Position numbers and translations under genes: made by a program. Shown in pieces: positions 35,101 through 47,181 of a DNA stretch of 64,000 nucleotides. How positions within the stretch are numbered: the first letter of the stretch is position 1; each line of letters opens with the position of its first letter. The DNA comes from Balanoglossus misakiensis. Its lineage: Eukaryota; Animalia; Hemichordata. The stretch is from the NCBI GenBank assembly GCA_040954595.2, contig CM082588.2, positions 8,292,844 through 8,356,843 of the forward strand, read 5' to 3'. The notes below the pieces were generated by a model. It was not told the DNA's origin. It saw only the letters and a list, made by a program, of their open reading frames with translations, and ran no database searches.

Positions 35101-38100
35101 AACCCCCTTTGCAATTGGGTCGTAGGCAATATAATGCAAATAAATGGGCACTATCTATTTAACTTTATGCTCGATGTGCAAATTAATTAATGGCAGAATA
35201 GTACAGACCTAACTTTAAAATCAAACTTCAACAAGCAGCCAACTAAACCAAAACATTCCCTTAATAAAACAAATTTCAGCAGCAAGCTTATTTCTTTTGA
35301 TTGATTGAATAGAGTATTGTTTAGCCAACTTCCCTGCCTAAATGTTTGTGAACACTAACCTTCTCTATCATATCTGAATGTCTCTCCCACTGGTAAGGTG
35401 ATCGAAGACAACTGTTGACTATCCAAAATCAAACACCGTCTGATTCCAAGGACACCAAGTACTTCTGGCCGTTCATCCAACAACGAAGACAGCTGTAGAG
35501 GGCGCTGTATTCTTATCAACAGTACGATTGGTGTCTGTGTGTCTCCCACATCATCAACATCTATCTCAGCTTCCAAAGTGCCGGAACCACCAAGTAGTTT
35601 TGATAAACCGATTCTGTTTTGGCGTGTGGCATAGACAGACCTGTCAGTCTCCACGGCAACAACTGCGCTCTTGTAATCTACATTCACAAACGACGCAGAG
35701 AAAGGCTCAATAGATGATATGCATTCTCATAAAAGAGTATTTTTCAACAGTATTTTTTCTTCTGGTTGAATTCTTAAGTGCCAATGAAAAAACATAGTTA
35801 AACTCATAGCCTGTCAGCTAGAAACAAAAGCAGTCACAGAAACGCTCAACTTGAAAATAATTATTGCCAAATGCTGCCAACCATAAATAGTAATTACCTT
35901 GTTTAGTCAACATCTCTCCAAGTTTTGTACACTTTTCTCCACACAAACCACAGACCTCAGAAGATTTCACTTCCGGTACATAGCCTATAATAATTAAAGT
36001 GACGAAATCGTCATGACATATATCGTTGAACGCATTTGCAATTTTGACAATGATCCATAAGAACGTGAGTGTACAAATAGAAAGTTTGACAAAGACACAA
36101 CACAGAGTCTGGAAATGGAAATAACCAAAGGTTTCAGGTAAAATCCTTCAATTCAAACGAATACATAATGTTCAGCAACATTAACTAAATTGTTAAACTA
36201 TTAGACTTGCCTTCCTTGAAGTACTTCAATTCTGCTAGACATAGTTGATATCTCCATGTCTCTATGATTGTCTTCAGGTGAACGTCAGATACATTGAGTT
36301 TGTGGAGCAATTCGGGTGTGATCATGTCTGCCTTAAACAGATCTCCCAGTATCCCTTGCCTGTAGTCACGCCATAGTCTCTCCACTGACTTTGATGTCTG
36401 GCAAGTCAATACAACATTTACACTACCCCGCTTAATTTCTTCAATTTGTATGTTTCCAACACTGTTGAGATGCTCTTTAACTTTTGGTAAATCGTTTCCA
36501 GAGCTGCTGCTGTTGGTGATCTCATTTTCGATGAGTTCAACCTGGTCTGGAGTCAAGGTTGGACCGGACACCTTAAGCTTGACTACGATTTCCCCTGAAA
36601 TAACATACAATGAGTACATTGTATTAGTCAAATTAACATGTGTTGTACAGGATTTGAAGCAAGACCTATCACAAAAGTTCAAAGACTAAATCCACATCCG
36701 CAATGGATGTTTTAATTGCCCAGATAAGAATTAAGCGAGTCCCTATTAACTTGATCTAAACACAACACACAGACACAGACAATACAAACAAACAAACAAA
36801 CAAACAAACAAACAAACAAACAAACAAACAAACAAACAAACAAACAAACAAACAAACAAACAAACAAGCAAGCAAGCAAAAAAAACACAAACAAACAAAC
36901 AAACAAACAAACAAACAAACAAACAAACAAACAAACAAAAACAAAACACAAAACAAACGCATAAACGAACGTTTCCATTGCTCTACATGTGGAGAGACAT
37001 CCTCAAGTACAAATATGTTCTTTATTCAAACCTCATTTTGTTTCATTACGCAACTGTATTCTACATCATATATTGGCAAATGCATCATCCAATTATATGA
37101 CGAACGATACAATTACTAGTATACAGGGACGAGTGAATGTTGGCAACTATAGTTCCGTGCGTTAGCTGCTTTGCTTGGGCCACGCGCAGGCCACGTGAAC
37201 CATTTCATTTGGTTTTCAGTTTGAATATTGTATGAATATTGTTTTATAAGGACAGACAAGTAATTTTCACTGGGCGTACAAATGTACCCAATCAGCACCC
37301 TTACCCAGATTCGAGTTGACAGTGTGTTGAACTTCATGCGTCTGTCCACTGTCAGGATTTTGCTGGCCACCTTCACCGTTATTCAGATCACTACTTTCGG
37401 ACCCGTTGTTGCTTGGGAAATCTTGAACCTTGTTTTCGGTTTGGCTACTACCGGAATTCGAAGCTTGTTGTCCTTTGTAAGGAATTGTTTTCTCTTCCCC
37501 TAGAGACAGGTGTGAAATTACATACTAGAATTTATCGTCGCCCTTCTATTTGAACTATAAGATTACATACACACTTCAAGCGCAAATTGATTTTGGTAAA
37601 TCCTGTAATAGCTCTTGTGTATTGAAATACTTTTTATCACTACGCTGCAACAGTCAATGTTTGAGTGGCAAAATAAGTCTGGCAATTTACTGTGTTTCGT
37701 TAAAAGAATCGAATAATATTTCTATAAAAACATATACTTAATCGTCTCTTTTATGTATCACCACTTACATTTTGAAGGCTCTTCAGCAGGGTCATCACAT
37801 TCTGTAGGACAACGTACACTTTTCAAAAGCTTCTGGTGGTTGTCAGCAATAACACCACTCTCAGCAGATAATTGCAGTGCCGTCTTCAGTTCTTGTGCCG
37901 CATTCTTTGCACGGTCATAATCACTTATGATACCATTGACAGCACGTGCCCACTTTTCACTTCCGCTCTTCACGTTTTCGTTTGGTCCCACGTCGCAGTA
38001 TGGTACACCGAGTAAGGGGAAGTGTTCTTTTGTGAAGTTTGCAAGACCTGATTGCCTTGGCTGTACAGTGGGCACACCAGCAGCGCAGGATAGAAGACCA

Positions 38101-39038
38101 ATCACACCAAATGGGTCGCCTTTAGTTGTGAAGTTTACCAGGATGTCACACTGCCTCAAGTCTTTCTTTAACTGGTTTATTGGTGTGTCGTTTGGGTATA
38201 GATTGACAATTAACTGATCTGACTCAGCCATCGTCTCTAGCTTCTGCTTACACGTTTTGCATTGCGCAGGATCTGACGCTATAAATCCTTTGAACTTCCA
38301 CTTTGTGTCTCTGGGAATATAACTGTAAGCGTACGCAAGTTTCCCCATGCCACGAGCTGCTGCTTCGAATTCCTCCAGATCCTGTAGGTCTGATAATGTG
38401 TGCACAGATAAGACTTCAACAGTCTTTAAGTCTCTTTTGTTGAGCGAAATCTCGTCTACATCTTTCTTCATCCAAGGGATGTACAGAACATTCTCCACTT
38501 GTGAGTCTAGCAGAGCTCGAATCTTCATCTTCAACTCCTCATGTACTGTTGGTCCAACTGATAAAATGACAGAGGACGTCTCTGCATATTCCAGCATTTC
38601 ATCATCTTTAGCAGCCAAGTCTGAAGGATCGAGGTTCATGTTTTCCGGTATGTCAGAATAGACAGGAACAAAGTCCGCAGATGGGAAAACCTTTGCTTGA
38701 ATACTCTTTGCTGTACTGGCAGTTCCATCCTTACAAGCAGTACCGTATATGGTCGTAATTGGGTGATATTTCTTTAACTGTTGAAAATAGTGTTCGTGTA
38801 AAATTAACCAATCACTTGTCGGCTTCCCCTCTTTGATTGGGAGAATCAACTCCACTCCATTAATCTTTGCGTCTTCAACTTCTTTGTCAGAAGCCTGTAA
38901 CGCCATGAAGTAAACCTGGCTGTTTCCATCAGCAAGATCGATGGCCAATTGTCTCTCCGTAAGACATGTTGCAATATTGCGACTTCTCGGCCACCACTCC
39001 TCTCCGACAACCAACATGCGATTCTTCACCTTTGCCAT
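32138..39038 (-). CDS. GT4-like/TRADD-N-like/coiled-coil/IFIT-like TPR fusion protein, copy 3 (~1334 aa)
   Basis: Exons 39038-37769, 37499-37305, 36594-36211, 35984-35898, 35677-35360, 35042-34629, 34082-33961, 33352-32138 sum to 4005 nt in frame. Confidence 0.8.
36785..36960. repeat. (CAAA)n microsatellite in intron 2 of copy 3
   Basis: Directly visible. Confidence 0.95.
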
Positions 39039-40224
39039 TTCTAGTTCAGAATGAAAGATGTTTGTGTTTATAGAGGTTTTAGTTTTATACTATTTCTAAA
39101 AGATATTTGCTATAAAATGCAAGTAAATCGGTCAGTAGACATTATGGATTTTAATGAGCAAACGAGACCTACCATTCGAAATGTCTAACATCAACCTACA
39201 TGTACAATGTGAGCACAGCGTCATTACCACCATTTATCGGTAAACGGTGGTACATACGGGTCTATGATATTTTGAACTAATATTGTTTCTGTTCAGAAAA
39301 TGGAGTTGATACAACGGCATCAAAACTCAAATATTGACATTCCAGGTGTTATTTCACAACAAGGTTTTACTGTCTATTAATCTGGCTCTTCGCGTTGTTT
39401 TAATTAAGAACTGAATAAGTTTAAAGTAAAGCCTTTGCACATACTTTGTCAAAATACCACATCCGTTTATTGGCACACCACCAAAAACTTAGTTTTTGAG
39501 GTTGACACATTCTTCTAGGCCTTTCAGCCTTGGTTGTCATGGATACAGTCAAAGTACAACCACTTGATTTGTGCATTGGATTTATTATATCTACCAACTG
39601 TGGACAGCAACGGATATATGCATCAATAAAATATAAATTACAATACTTCAGTGTTTGCCACGTCCACTGCAGAGGTCACTGTTATACATTCTAAAATTCT
39701 GTAAATGGTTGTCTAAAAAACGCCATCTTTGCATATAGAGAACATTCTGCAAGTGTGTCCATTTTCTAGGACATTTGTAAGTTAAAAACAAGCAAGACAA
39801 TAAATCATTTTCTCACACTCCTGGCCACTGGGAGTGTGGGATCGACAGATTTGGATAAATCGATCCTACACTCTCGCAGAATCGAAAGATCTATATGACG
39901 CGAGCGCTGATTGGATTACAAAACTTTTTATAATAACGCGCGCAAAATGTTACCCAATGGCGCGAAGCGTAATGCGTGGGCAGAATTTACAACGTACGAG
40001 ATGAAATTACAGTCAATAATTTAATGTTTCTGATGCAAATTTTTCTATTTTTTTGTCGTGTGAGAAATAGAATCTCACAGTCCAAAGACCTGGGATCCTA
40101 TTCCTCACACTGTGACTCGTGTGGGACAAACAATCCCCAACTCGTGTGAGAAATACGATGAGGTGACCGATATACGCCCTTTGTCCAAATAGGCATATGA
40201 ATATGTCAAGGAGATTGCGAATGG

Positions 40225-42010
40225 TGAATTTGATTCATATACATTGCAGAGCACGGATTTTAGGAGCAATCGCGCGTAATTATCGAACAAGTTTTGCAAT
40301 GCACATTCGCCAAAGCTCACCTTTTGAAGTGTTTTCACTCCGCCCTGGTGTAAAAGTGGTCGTCGAGGATTTGAACGTCAAACCACACAATCTATTACCA
40401 CTGTCACACGGGACAGAAGTTTAAGGTTGTTCGTATATCTGAGCGGATTCACATCAGCAGTTTTCTGTCTGAAGTCAGCGCCACTTTTACACCTCCTTAG
40501 TGGCACCCAGACAAAATGGGAGAAATATCGGATGATTTGCCAAACCTCGCCCACACCCACTTAAGTTTAAATTATGGCGCTAATCAACAACACCAAGATT
40601 TACAAGGGTTTTTAAAAAGACGCCATTAATGTGATGAAGTGGAATGTGCAAACTTTACAGAAACAACCCACACGAGCGGCAAATATGGCTCAACAAGAGG
40701 TGATATGGGGCGATAACCGGGCTGAACATTATAGCTAGTCGTTTGGTCACCTGTTCTTTGACGGTCATAATTATTGTTGTTTTACCGCGTTCGCCATAAA
40801 TATAGTACAAATCGAACTATTCTATTTCGGCCTGACCGAGAACTTTAAGAATTAACACTTTTACTCTATAAAATTTGCCCATTTTCTGGTATGCTTTCTG
40901 AAAGCAATTCATGCCAATAAATCATTGTTCGTGTATAAATCGATCTCATGTGACAGATATACGCCCTCAACCAGGTTTTACCTTACGCTCTGTACCTTGC
41001 ACGTATGCAATTGCAAATTTTACCGTTGATTCAGTATATGCACCTGTCACTACACATTCCTGCCAAATACATTTCTATAATTCCTCACCTGTTGAAGAGT
41101 TTCACCCTCCCGTGGTGTTCAACGATGGTCTTCGAAGATTTAAACCAGAGAGGCTACACAAACGTGTAAAAGGCTTGGGTTACGAATAATCAGGTCTCTG
41201 TAGCCTTTTCAACCCTTGGGGAACATAAAACGTCACACCGCCATTTTGGTCGTCGGACAACTGACGAAAAATTGTGTGCTTGGTTATTGCCATACCGAGG
41301 CTCACGTGGAATTTGAGCTAAGTGCAAGTCTTTGTGTAGTAGACAAACTCAACAAAACGAACAAACATACTCTGGTTGGACAAACGAAGGTGGCGGAGTT
41401 TAATTTGCTATAAATGTCCGTTTCATATTGCCATAGTAATACTTGGAAATTGTAGAAGGTTGGGGACTCAGGAATGTACCACTTCCCAATTGAATTCTCA
41501 AAGGTTTTCATTTCCTTATATCATACTGTTTTAGGAGCAATGAAACGAGGCATGCACATCAACATTGAACTTCATCGATTGTGAATATGTACTGGAGACT
41601 GATTCATATACATTGCAGAGCTTTGATTTTAGGAGCAATCGTGCGTAATTATCGAATATGAAATAGCAATCGATGTGTTTTGTCATGTGTATTCGTGAAT
41701 GCTCACCTTTTGAAGAATGTTCACTCCGCCGTGGTGTAAAAGTGGTTGTCGATGATGAAATGTCAGGCCACAAACACAATCTTGACACCGACACACAGTC
41801 ACACGGGACAGAAGTTTAAGGTTGTTGCGGATCTATACGGATTCACACCAGAAGTTTTCTTTCTGAATTAAGTCAGCGCCACTTTTACACCTCCTTATAG
41901 TGGCACCCAGACAAAATGGAGGAAATATCGGGCGTTTTGCCAAACCTCACCCACACCCACTTAAGTTTAAATTATGGCGCCAATCAACAACACCAAGATT
42001 TACAAGGGGT
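40225..42010. repeat. Diverged ~400-bp direct repeat pair (~40225-40610 and ~41595-42010), probably transposon-derived
   Basis: Shared GATTCATATACATTGCAGAGC...GTCACACGGGACAGAAGTTTAAGGTTGTT...AATCAACAACACCAAGATTTACAAGGG. Confidence 0.7.
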
Positions 42011-42380
42011 TTCTATAATTCCTCACCTGTTGAAGAGACCAGTTTCGCGCCCTTTATTTTACGAACACCCCCTCCTACACCCACCCCCGCCACTTTTCTT
42101 GTTTTACCAATCCTACCAACTATTGTATTGACTTGTCATTTAAATTTATTCATAATTCATTCTTATTGCAACGATATACTATAATATACTTCAATTACTT
42201 TAAGAAATTTATAATTGAGGTGTGGGAAGCCTCATTCCTTTTATTGCATACAGTGTACATAGGATCAGGACGGCGAATGTTTTCGGCGTGGGGGGGGGGG
42301 GGTCCTAATATTTTTGGCCTGTCAAAGGGGGGGGTCATCATTTTTTGGTCCTGGGTGAAAGGGGGGGGGGTCGGCCTGAT

Positions 42381-42668
42381 TTAAAAAAAAACATGATACA
42401 AATTTGCCGCCCACCTCCCAGCCGTAAAAACTGAACGGTCCCTTAAGGGGTGCTTGTATTCTCGAAACTTAGTCTCTGGGTGATGAAGACCTCCACACCC
42501 CAACATTTTCATATCTGTCTCAGTCCCCTCCACAAAAACACCAGTATCGTGATTTTCCGGATCGGCTGGGCCGCTTTCGGACTCCTGTCGGAGTTGCCTG
42601 TCCAGGCAATCGTAGTAGTCGACAATGGTAGGAATGCCCAGCATTAACAGAACCAATACACAAATCAT
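42381..42668 (-). pseudogene. Diverged, truncated paralog of orphan protein A
   Basis: MICVLVLLMLGIPTIVDYYDCLDRQ...DPENHDTGVFVE aligns with MICVLTIILCLVVPGVP..FYEWLDSQ...DAGNQDSGFFTE; its 3' part runs into a G-rich MITE-like end near 42445. Confidence 0.5.
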
Positions 42669-44642
42669 GTTGCAGTCTTATGCTTAGAAACAATAAAGTT
42701 GCAAACGTTGGAGATTTTTAATATTTGACATGCGAGCTATCCCTCAATATGACAGGGTCGTGATGAGAGGGGACTGGAGTTTGGGGGATTGTTATAATTC
42801 AGTGCCAACCACTTGCATCAAAGTTGAGCACAATGCCATATGAGGGCGCTCTATATTTACATCCGGGTGGGTGATATTTAAATCTGGCTGCCGCTAAACA
42901 ATAAACGTGTAGGGAAATAATCGCCTTCAGCAGGAAACGTACCTGTAAGTATTTAGTTTTCGTTTTTGGGTCGTTTTACGTGTTTCATAATTTAATAATG
43001 CCCGCACGATAGTGGTGTTGCCCACAAATAATGCAACTATCGGCGCACAGAAAGTCCATTCGATAAACTTCTACGCTTATAAATGGCTCTCTGTACTGGC
43101 TCACTGCATGCCTATTTTCCCCATACGATGGAAAAGGTACTTATTTGAAATGCTTACTGCAGTATGACCATTGTAAGTTTTCATACGTTTGTGACGAATG
43201 TACCAATGGTATTGTTCATAAATAATCACACACTTGCAAGTCATTTTCTCTATAGTCTAGCCATAGTTAATAGAGAGGGGATACCATCTGCCCGCGCGCC
43301 GCTGGCAAAAAGAAAACGCGCAAAGTATTGGGCATGCGCAGTCGATACTTCACGTAAAGATGGCGCAGAGAAGACACAGACAGTCTATATTGGTAGACAG
43401 ATTGGACGATGGCAGAGAGCAAGTCTTGTACTTGTCCTTTTTGACACTTGCCATACAAGAAGCTACCCAGTGCCGTTAAAACTGCCCGCACACGACAGAC
43501 GATAGCTGGGCAAAAAATCAATCGAGGAATTTTGCTCATCAAGTTTTGTTTCGTGTGCGCGCGAATTTTGGCGAGTTTTTGTTTTACTTATGTATCGTCA
43601 AGGAGACCACTATCACCAGCTCTGTTCATATTAGGGTTGGAAGCACTTTTACTTGCAATTCAGCAATTAAGACAAGTTCATACATGGTATAAAGATTGAT
43701 GATAGCAACATCAAAAAACGGAGTTTGCTGATAATCAAACCTGCTATTTAGCAACAAATCTTCTTATTCTCCAAGTTTATCACTTTTCCTCTTGACGACA
43801 AGTTTATAACTTTCAGTTTGTCTGTCAGAGAAGTCAACATTCATAGATACGCCAGGTACCATTAGGCCCAAGAAAATTGTAAAAAGACACACAATTCGTT
43901 GTGAAGTTGTATAACTTGGGGTGTTTGCTGTATGTTGCGCTGACATTCTTGCAAGACGAAAGAAGTCTCCACAAGCCACTATGTCTTCCAAGTTCTTCTT
44001 GTCTTCCCCCCTTTTTCCTTTCCCTTTTCCCGTTTTCTGTCATCGATTGTCCCATTCGTCCGAACGCACAACAGAGGTCCCACTCCTCTCCGTAAAAACA
44101 CACACCGGAATCACGATTTTCCGAACCGTCTGAGTCGCTTTCTGAGTCATACTTTCAAAACGGAGGAAAACATGGTCGTTCGGAAAGGCGAAGTATCCGC
44201 CAGCACCTGTGCTGGGTTGGCTGTCTGGCCACTTGTATATTTGTCGATATTGTTTGGAATGCCAGACACCATCAGGGCCAAAACGATTTTGAAATATTTT
44301 GAAATCATGTTGCAGTCTATGCTTAGAAACGAGTATGTAAGTTTTGCGAACGTTTGATAATTGAGGATGGTATTCAGGAGATATTTGATATTAGGTATGC
44401 GTTTTAATTCCCTTTTCGCGGACAATAGGACAGGGTCGTGATGAGAGGGGACTGCAGTTAGAGGGATTGTTAAAATTCAGTGTCAACCACTTGCATCAAA
44501 GTTGAACACAACAGAACACATTCCAATAAACATTGCACAACAAGGCTATGTACTTTTTGATTTTTTTTTATTAAAGAGAGAGATGGGTATATATAAGTAT
44601 GTACAAAGGCAGCGGTCTGGTCAAGTGAACTCTTCCAGAGAC

Positions 44643-45137
44643 TTAATTCGGAGACACACGAATGCTCCTCCTTCCGATCTTCTTCCAAAACCACCGGACA
44701 AGACGTTGTCTGAAACAAGGTAGACATCCGGTTGGTTTCTCTTCATCATCTTGAACGGGAACGGAGTTAGGGGACTCTTCAGTCTTCTTCACCTGGACGA
44801 CGTTCACCGACTTCTTCCCCTTTCCTTTTCCTTTGCCCTTCTTTCCCTTTCCTTTGCCAGTGTCTTCGCTGTCCTCCTCGTCGGAAAAGACAAGGTAAAA
44901 CGGTTCATCATTCACTTCCGTAAAAAAACCGGAATCCTGGTTTCCCGCGTCCTCGTCATCGCTTGACTCGGAATCATATCCGCGAATAGGCGGCAGGATT
45001 GGAAAGTTTGGGGATCTATAAATACCGGTACTGGTACTCGGCTGGCTGTCCAACCACTCGTAATAGTCTCCGTCTGTACCCATGGGTACGCCAGGTACTA
45101 CCAGGCAGAGAATGATCGTTAGTGATAAAAAAATCAT
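44643..45137 (-). CDS. Orphan protein B (164 aa from signal-peptide Met; ORF extends to 45254), paralog of 17272-17766
   Basis: Same architecture and length as orphan protein A; mostly synonymous divergence. Confidence 0.6.
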   Translation of the reverse strand: MIFLSLTIILCLVVPGVPMGTDGDYYEWLDSQPSTSTGIYRSPNFPILPPIRGYDSESSDDEDAGNQDSGFFTEVNDEPFYLVFSDEEDSEDTGKGKGKKGKGKGKGKKSVNVVQVKKTEESPNSVPVQDDEEKPTGCLPCFRQRLVRWFWKKIGRRSIRVSPN

Positions 45138-45937
45138 GGTGATGTTGTAGGGAAGTGTTGTTAAGTATGTTACTCTGAAACTCTTGCCAAACATTCTAAT
45201 TCTTCTTCGTTCTAAGAACGCGTCTGTGACGTCGCCAAATAATGAACTTCCCATGCTACACAGGGCGCGCCCAATTGGCCGAGTGCTTCGCGTGTGCGTT
45301 CGTAGGCAGGCAGTGTATTTTCGCCTTTCAAAAGCAAAGGCGTTGCAATGAAAAAATTATTCATTCCGACCAAAATGTTGCCTGCAAAATTACGTGGAGA
45401 ATAATTATAATTTTATGGTTTAATGATGGGCTTTATTTTAATGCGAAACAAAATAATCACTGCCAGGTATGAAAGGGTAATTTCATCTTTTATTCAAATT
45501 GTCGTCAAAACAGACAATCAACAAATAAGTACTGCGACACTATAGTTTACACCACAAGAAAACTGCTGATGGTAGCTATGATGTGTCACACGGAAAACTC
45601 AATATGTCACACATCACATTCTTTAGTTATCTGAAATGTTCAAATACTCGTAGTATGGTACAATGGGTATGACTGATCAAATACTTTACACTTGCGTGTC
45701 ATTATCTTTTCAAACTTGAAAATCCCAATTTACCGCCAGCTATCGAAATACACTCACTGAATTGTAAACCACCTATCGTTCGTTGGTCTACAGCATGTGG
45801 ATAGAAAAATGTACAACATGGCAAAGAACAGTAAGGGCTTACAAGAAGAGTATGCAATCTGCAGATGGCGCTATTTTCTCCTGTTCCCAAACTCAACAAG
45901 AGTAGACACAACTTTCCTTACAAATAAGTTGTGATAC

Positions 45938-45977
45938 TAGTCTGTCAGCGGTGGGATTGGGGCAGGGAACCAGACTA
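45938..45977. mobile_element. 40-bp internally deleted Academ-like MITE
   Basis: TAGTCTG..CAGACTA termini, perfect 9-bp TSD TTGTGATAC, paralogous empty site at ~58734-58742. Confidence 0.8.
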
Positions 45978-46880
45978 TTGTGATACCTTTTGTCATCTCT
46001 TTGTTCTTATGTTTTTCTAAAAATGAAAAATTCCCGTGACAAAATGATTTTTTCAGAGTAAAGTATGTACAATGTTTAAAGAAATGCTTCATTGTAACAA
46101 ATACAAAAAACAACAACAGTTGAACACATTCTACAACTGAACCGATACATGTGAAAAGTATCTGCATATATTGGCGAAATAAATCCAAAAGTAATGAACA
46201 GTGCAAACACAAAAAATAATTCAAATTCATCTCCTGTAGAGCACACACGTGTTAAATGACACACAAGTTATATATCCACACACACAATATTTAATGTGTT
46301 ATAGGGAAAGCCAAATAACAAATTGTAAATACAATGTACTATATATAACGCTTGGAAATATTGAAAGATGGAATTGCCGGTTTTTAAGACAACTCCAAAA
46401 CATTGCTAACAGTCAGAATGAACATTTCAGGCAACGTTTCTAAAATAAGACTTTTCACTGCAGTGTATGTAGTTGGTTGAAATGTGATAGAAGCAACCAC
46501 AAGATCGTTACAAATAATTCTTAAAACCCACGGTAACGATACATCCCTCCATTGTTGAATCAAAATGATGTATGCTCACTAATTTGACTGACCAAGCCAC
46601 TATCCCCAGCTATACTCAAAGCCACAAATGAACGTGTACATTATTGTGAACCTTCAACTTTTGAAGGGTCGGTTTCGGTTGATTGAAACGTACAAAATTC
46701 ATGACAAACATATTATTACTATGAACAAACAATATTAGACAAAATTACTGATAACATTCATTTTGCAGGAGGCCTGTAGTTGGTTAACTTGCTTGAGGTT
46801 CCCAGGAAATCGTTGTTTTTTGGGAATCCCTAAATGATTTACTTCGTCACTTTCTAATTTGTAATTTTCTTTACTGCTGA

Positions 46881-47168
46881 TTACAAATTAAATTGTTTTG
46901 TTTTTTGTTCAGATAACCTTGCTTTGTTCTGTGCATACTTGCCCCAGACATACTCCTGACCACAGGCTTCTGTTATGTTTAGGTATTTCAGTGCATTGGC
47001 AGAGTCGCCTTGTGCTTGGTAAACGTGGGCAAGATTATAACATGCCCATAGTATGTGATATGGGTCACGGAGGGTGCTGATCAGATGGGTATATATTTCA
47101 CATGCATCACTGTAGTTATTCAATAATGCGAGGACATGAGCCTTGAAAAGAGATGCGGTGGGATACAA
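46881..47168 (-). pseudogene. Duplicated 3' fragment of the IFIT-like TPR exon
   Basis: YPTASLFKAHVLALLNNYSDACEIY...EQKTKQFNL* follows the copy 4 stop, with the same breakpoint as the fragment at 20443. Confidence 0.8.
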
Positions 47169-47181
47169 TTAGTAATTTTCT

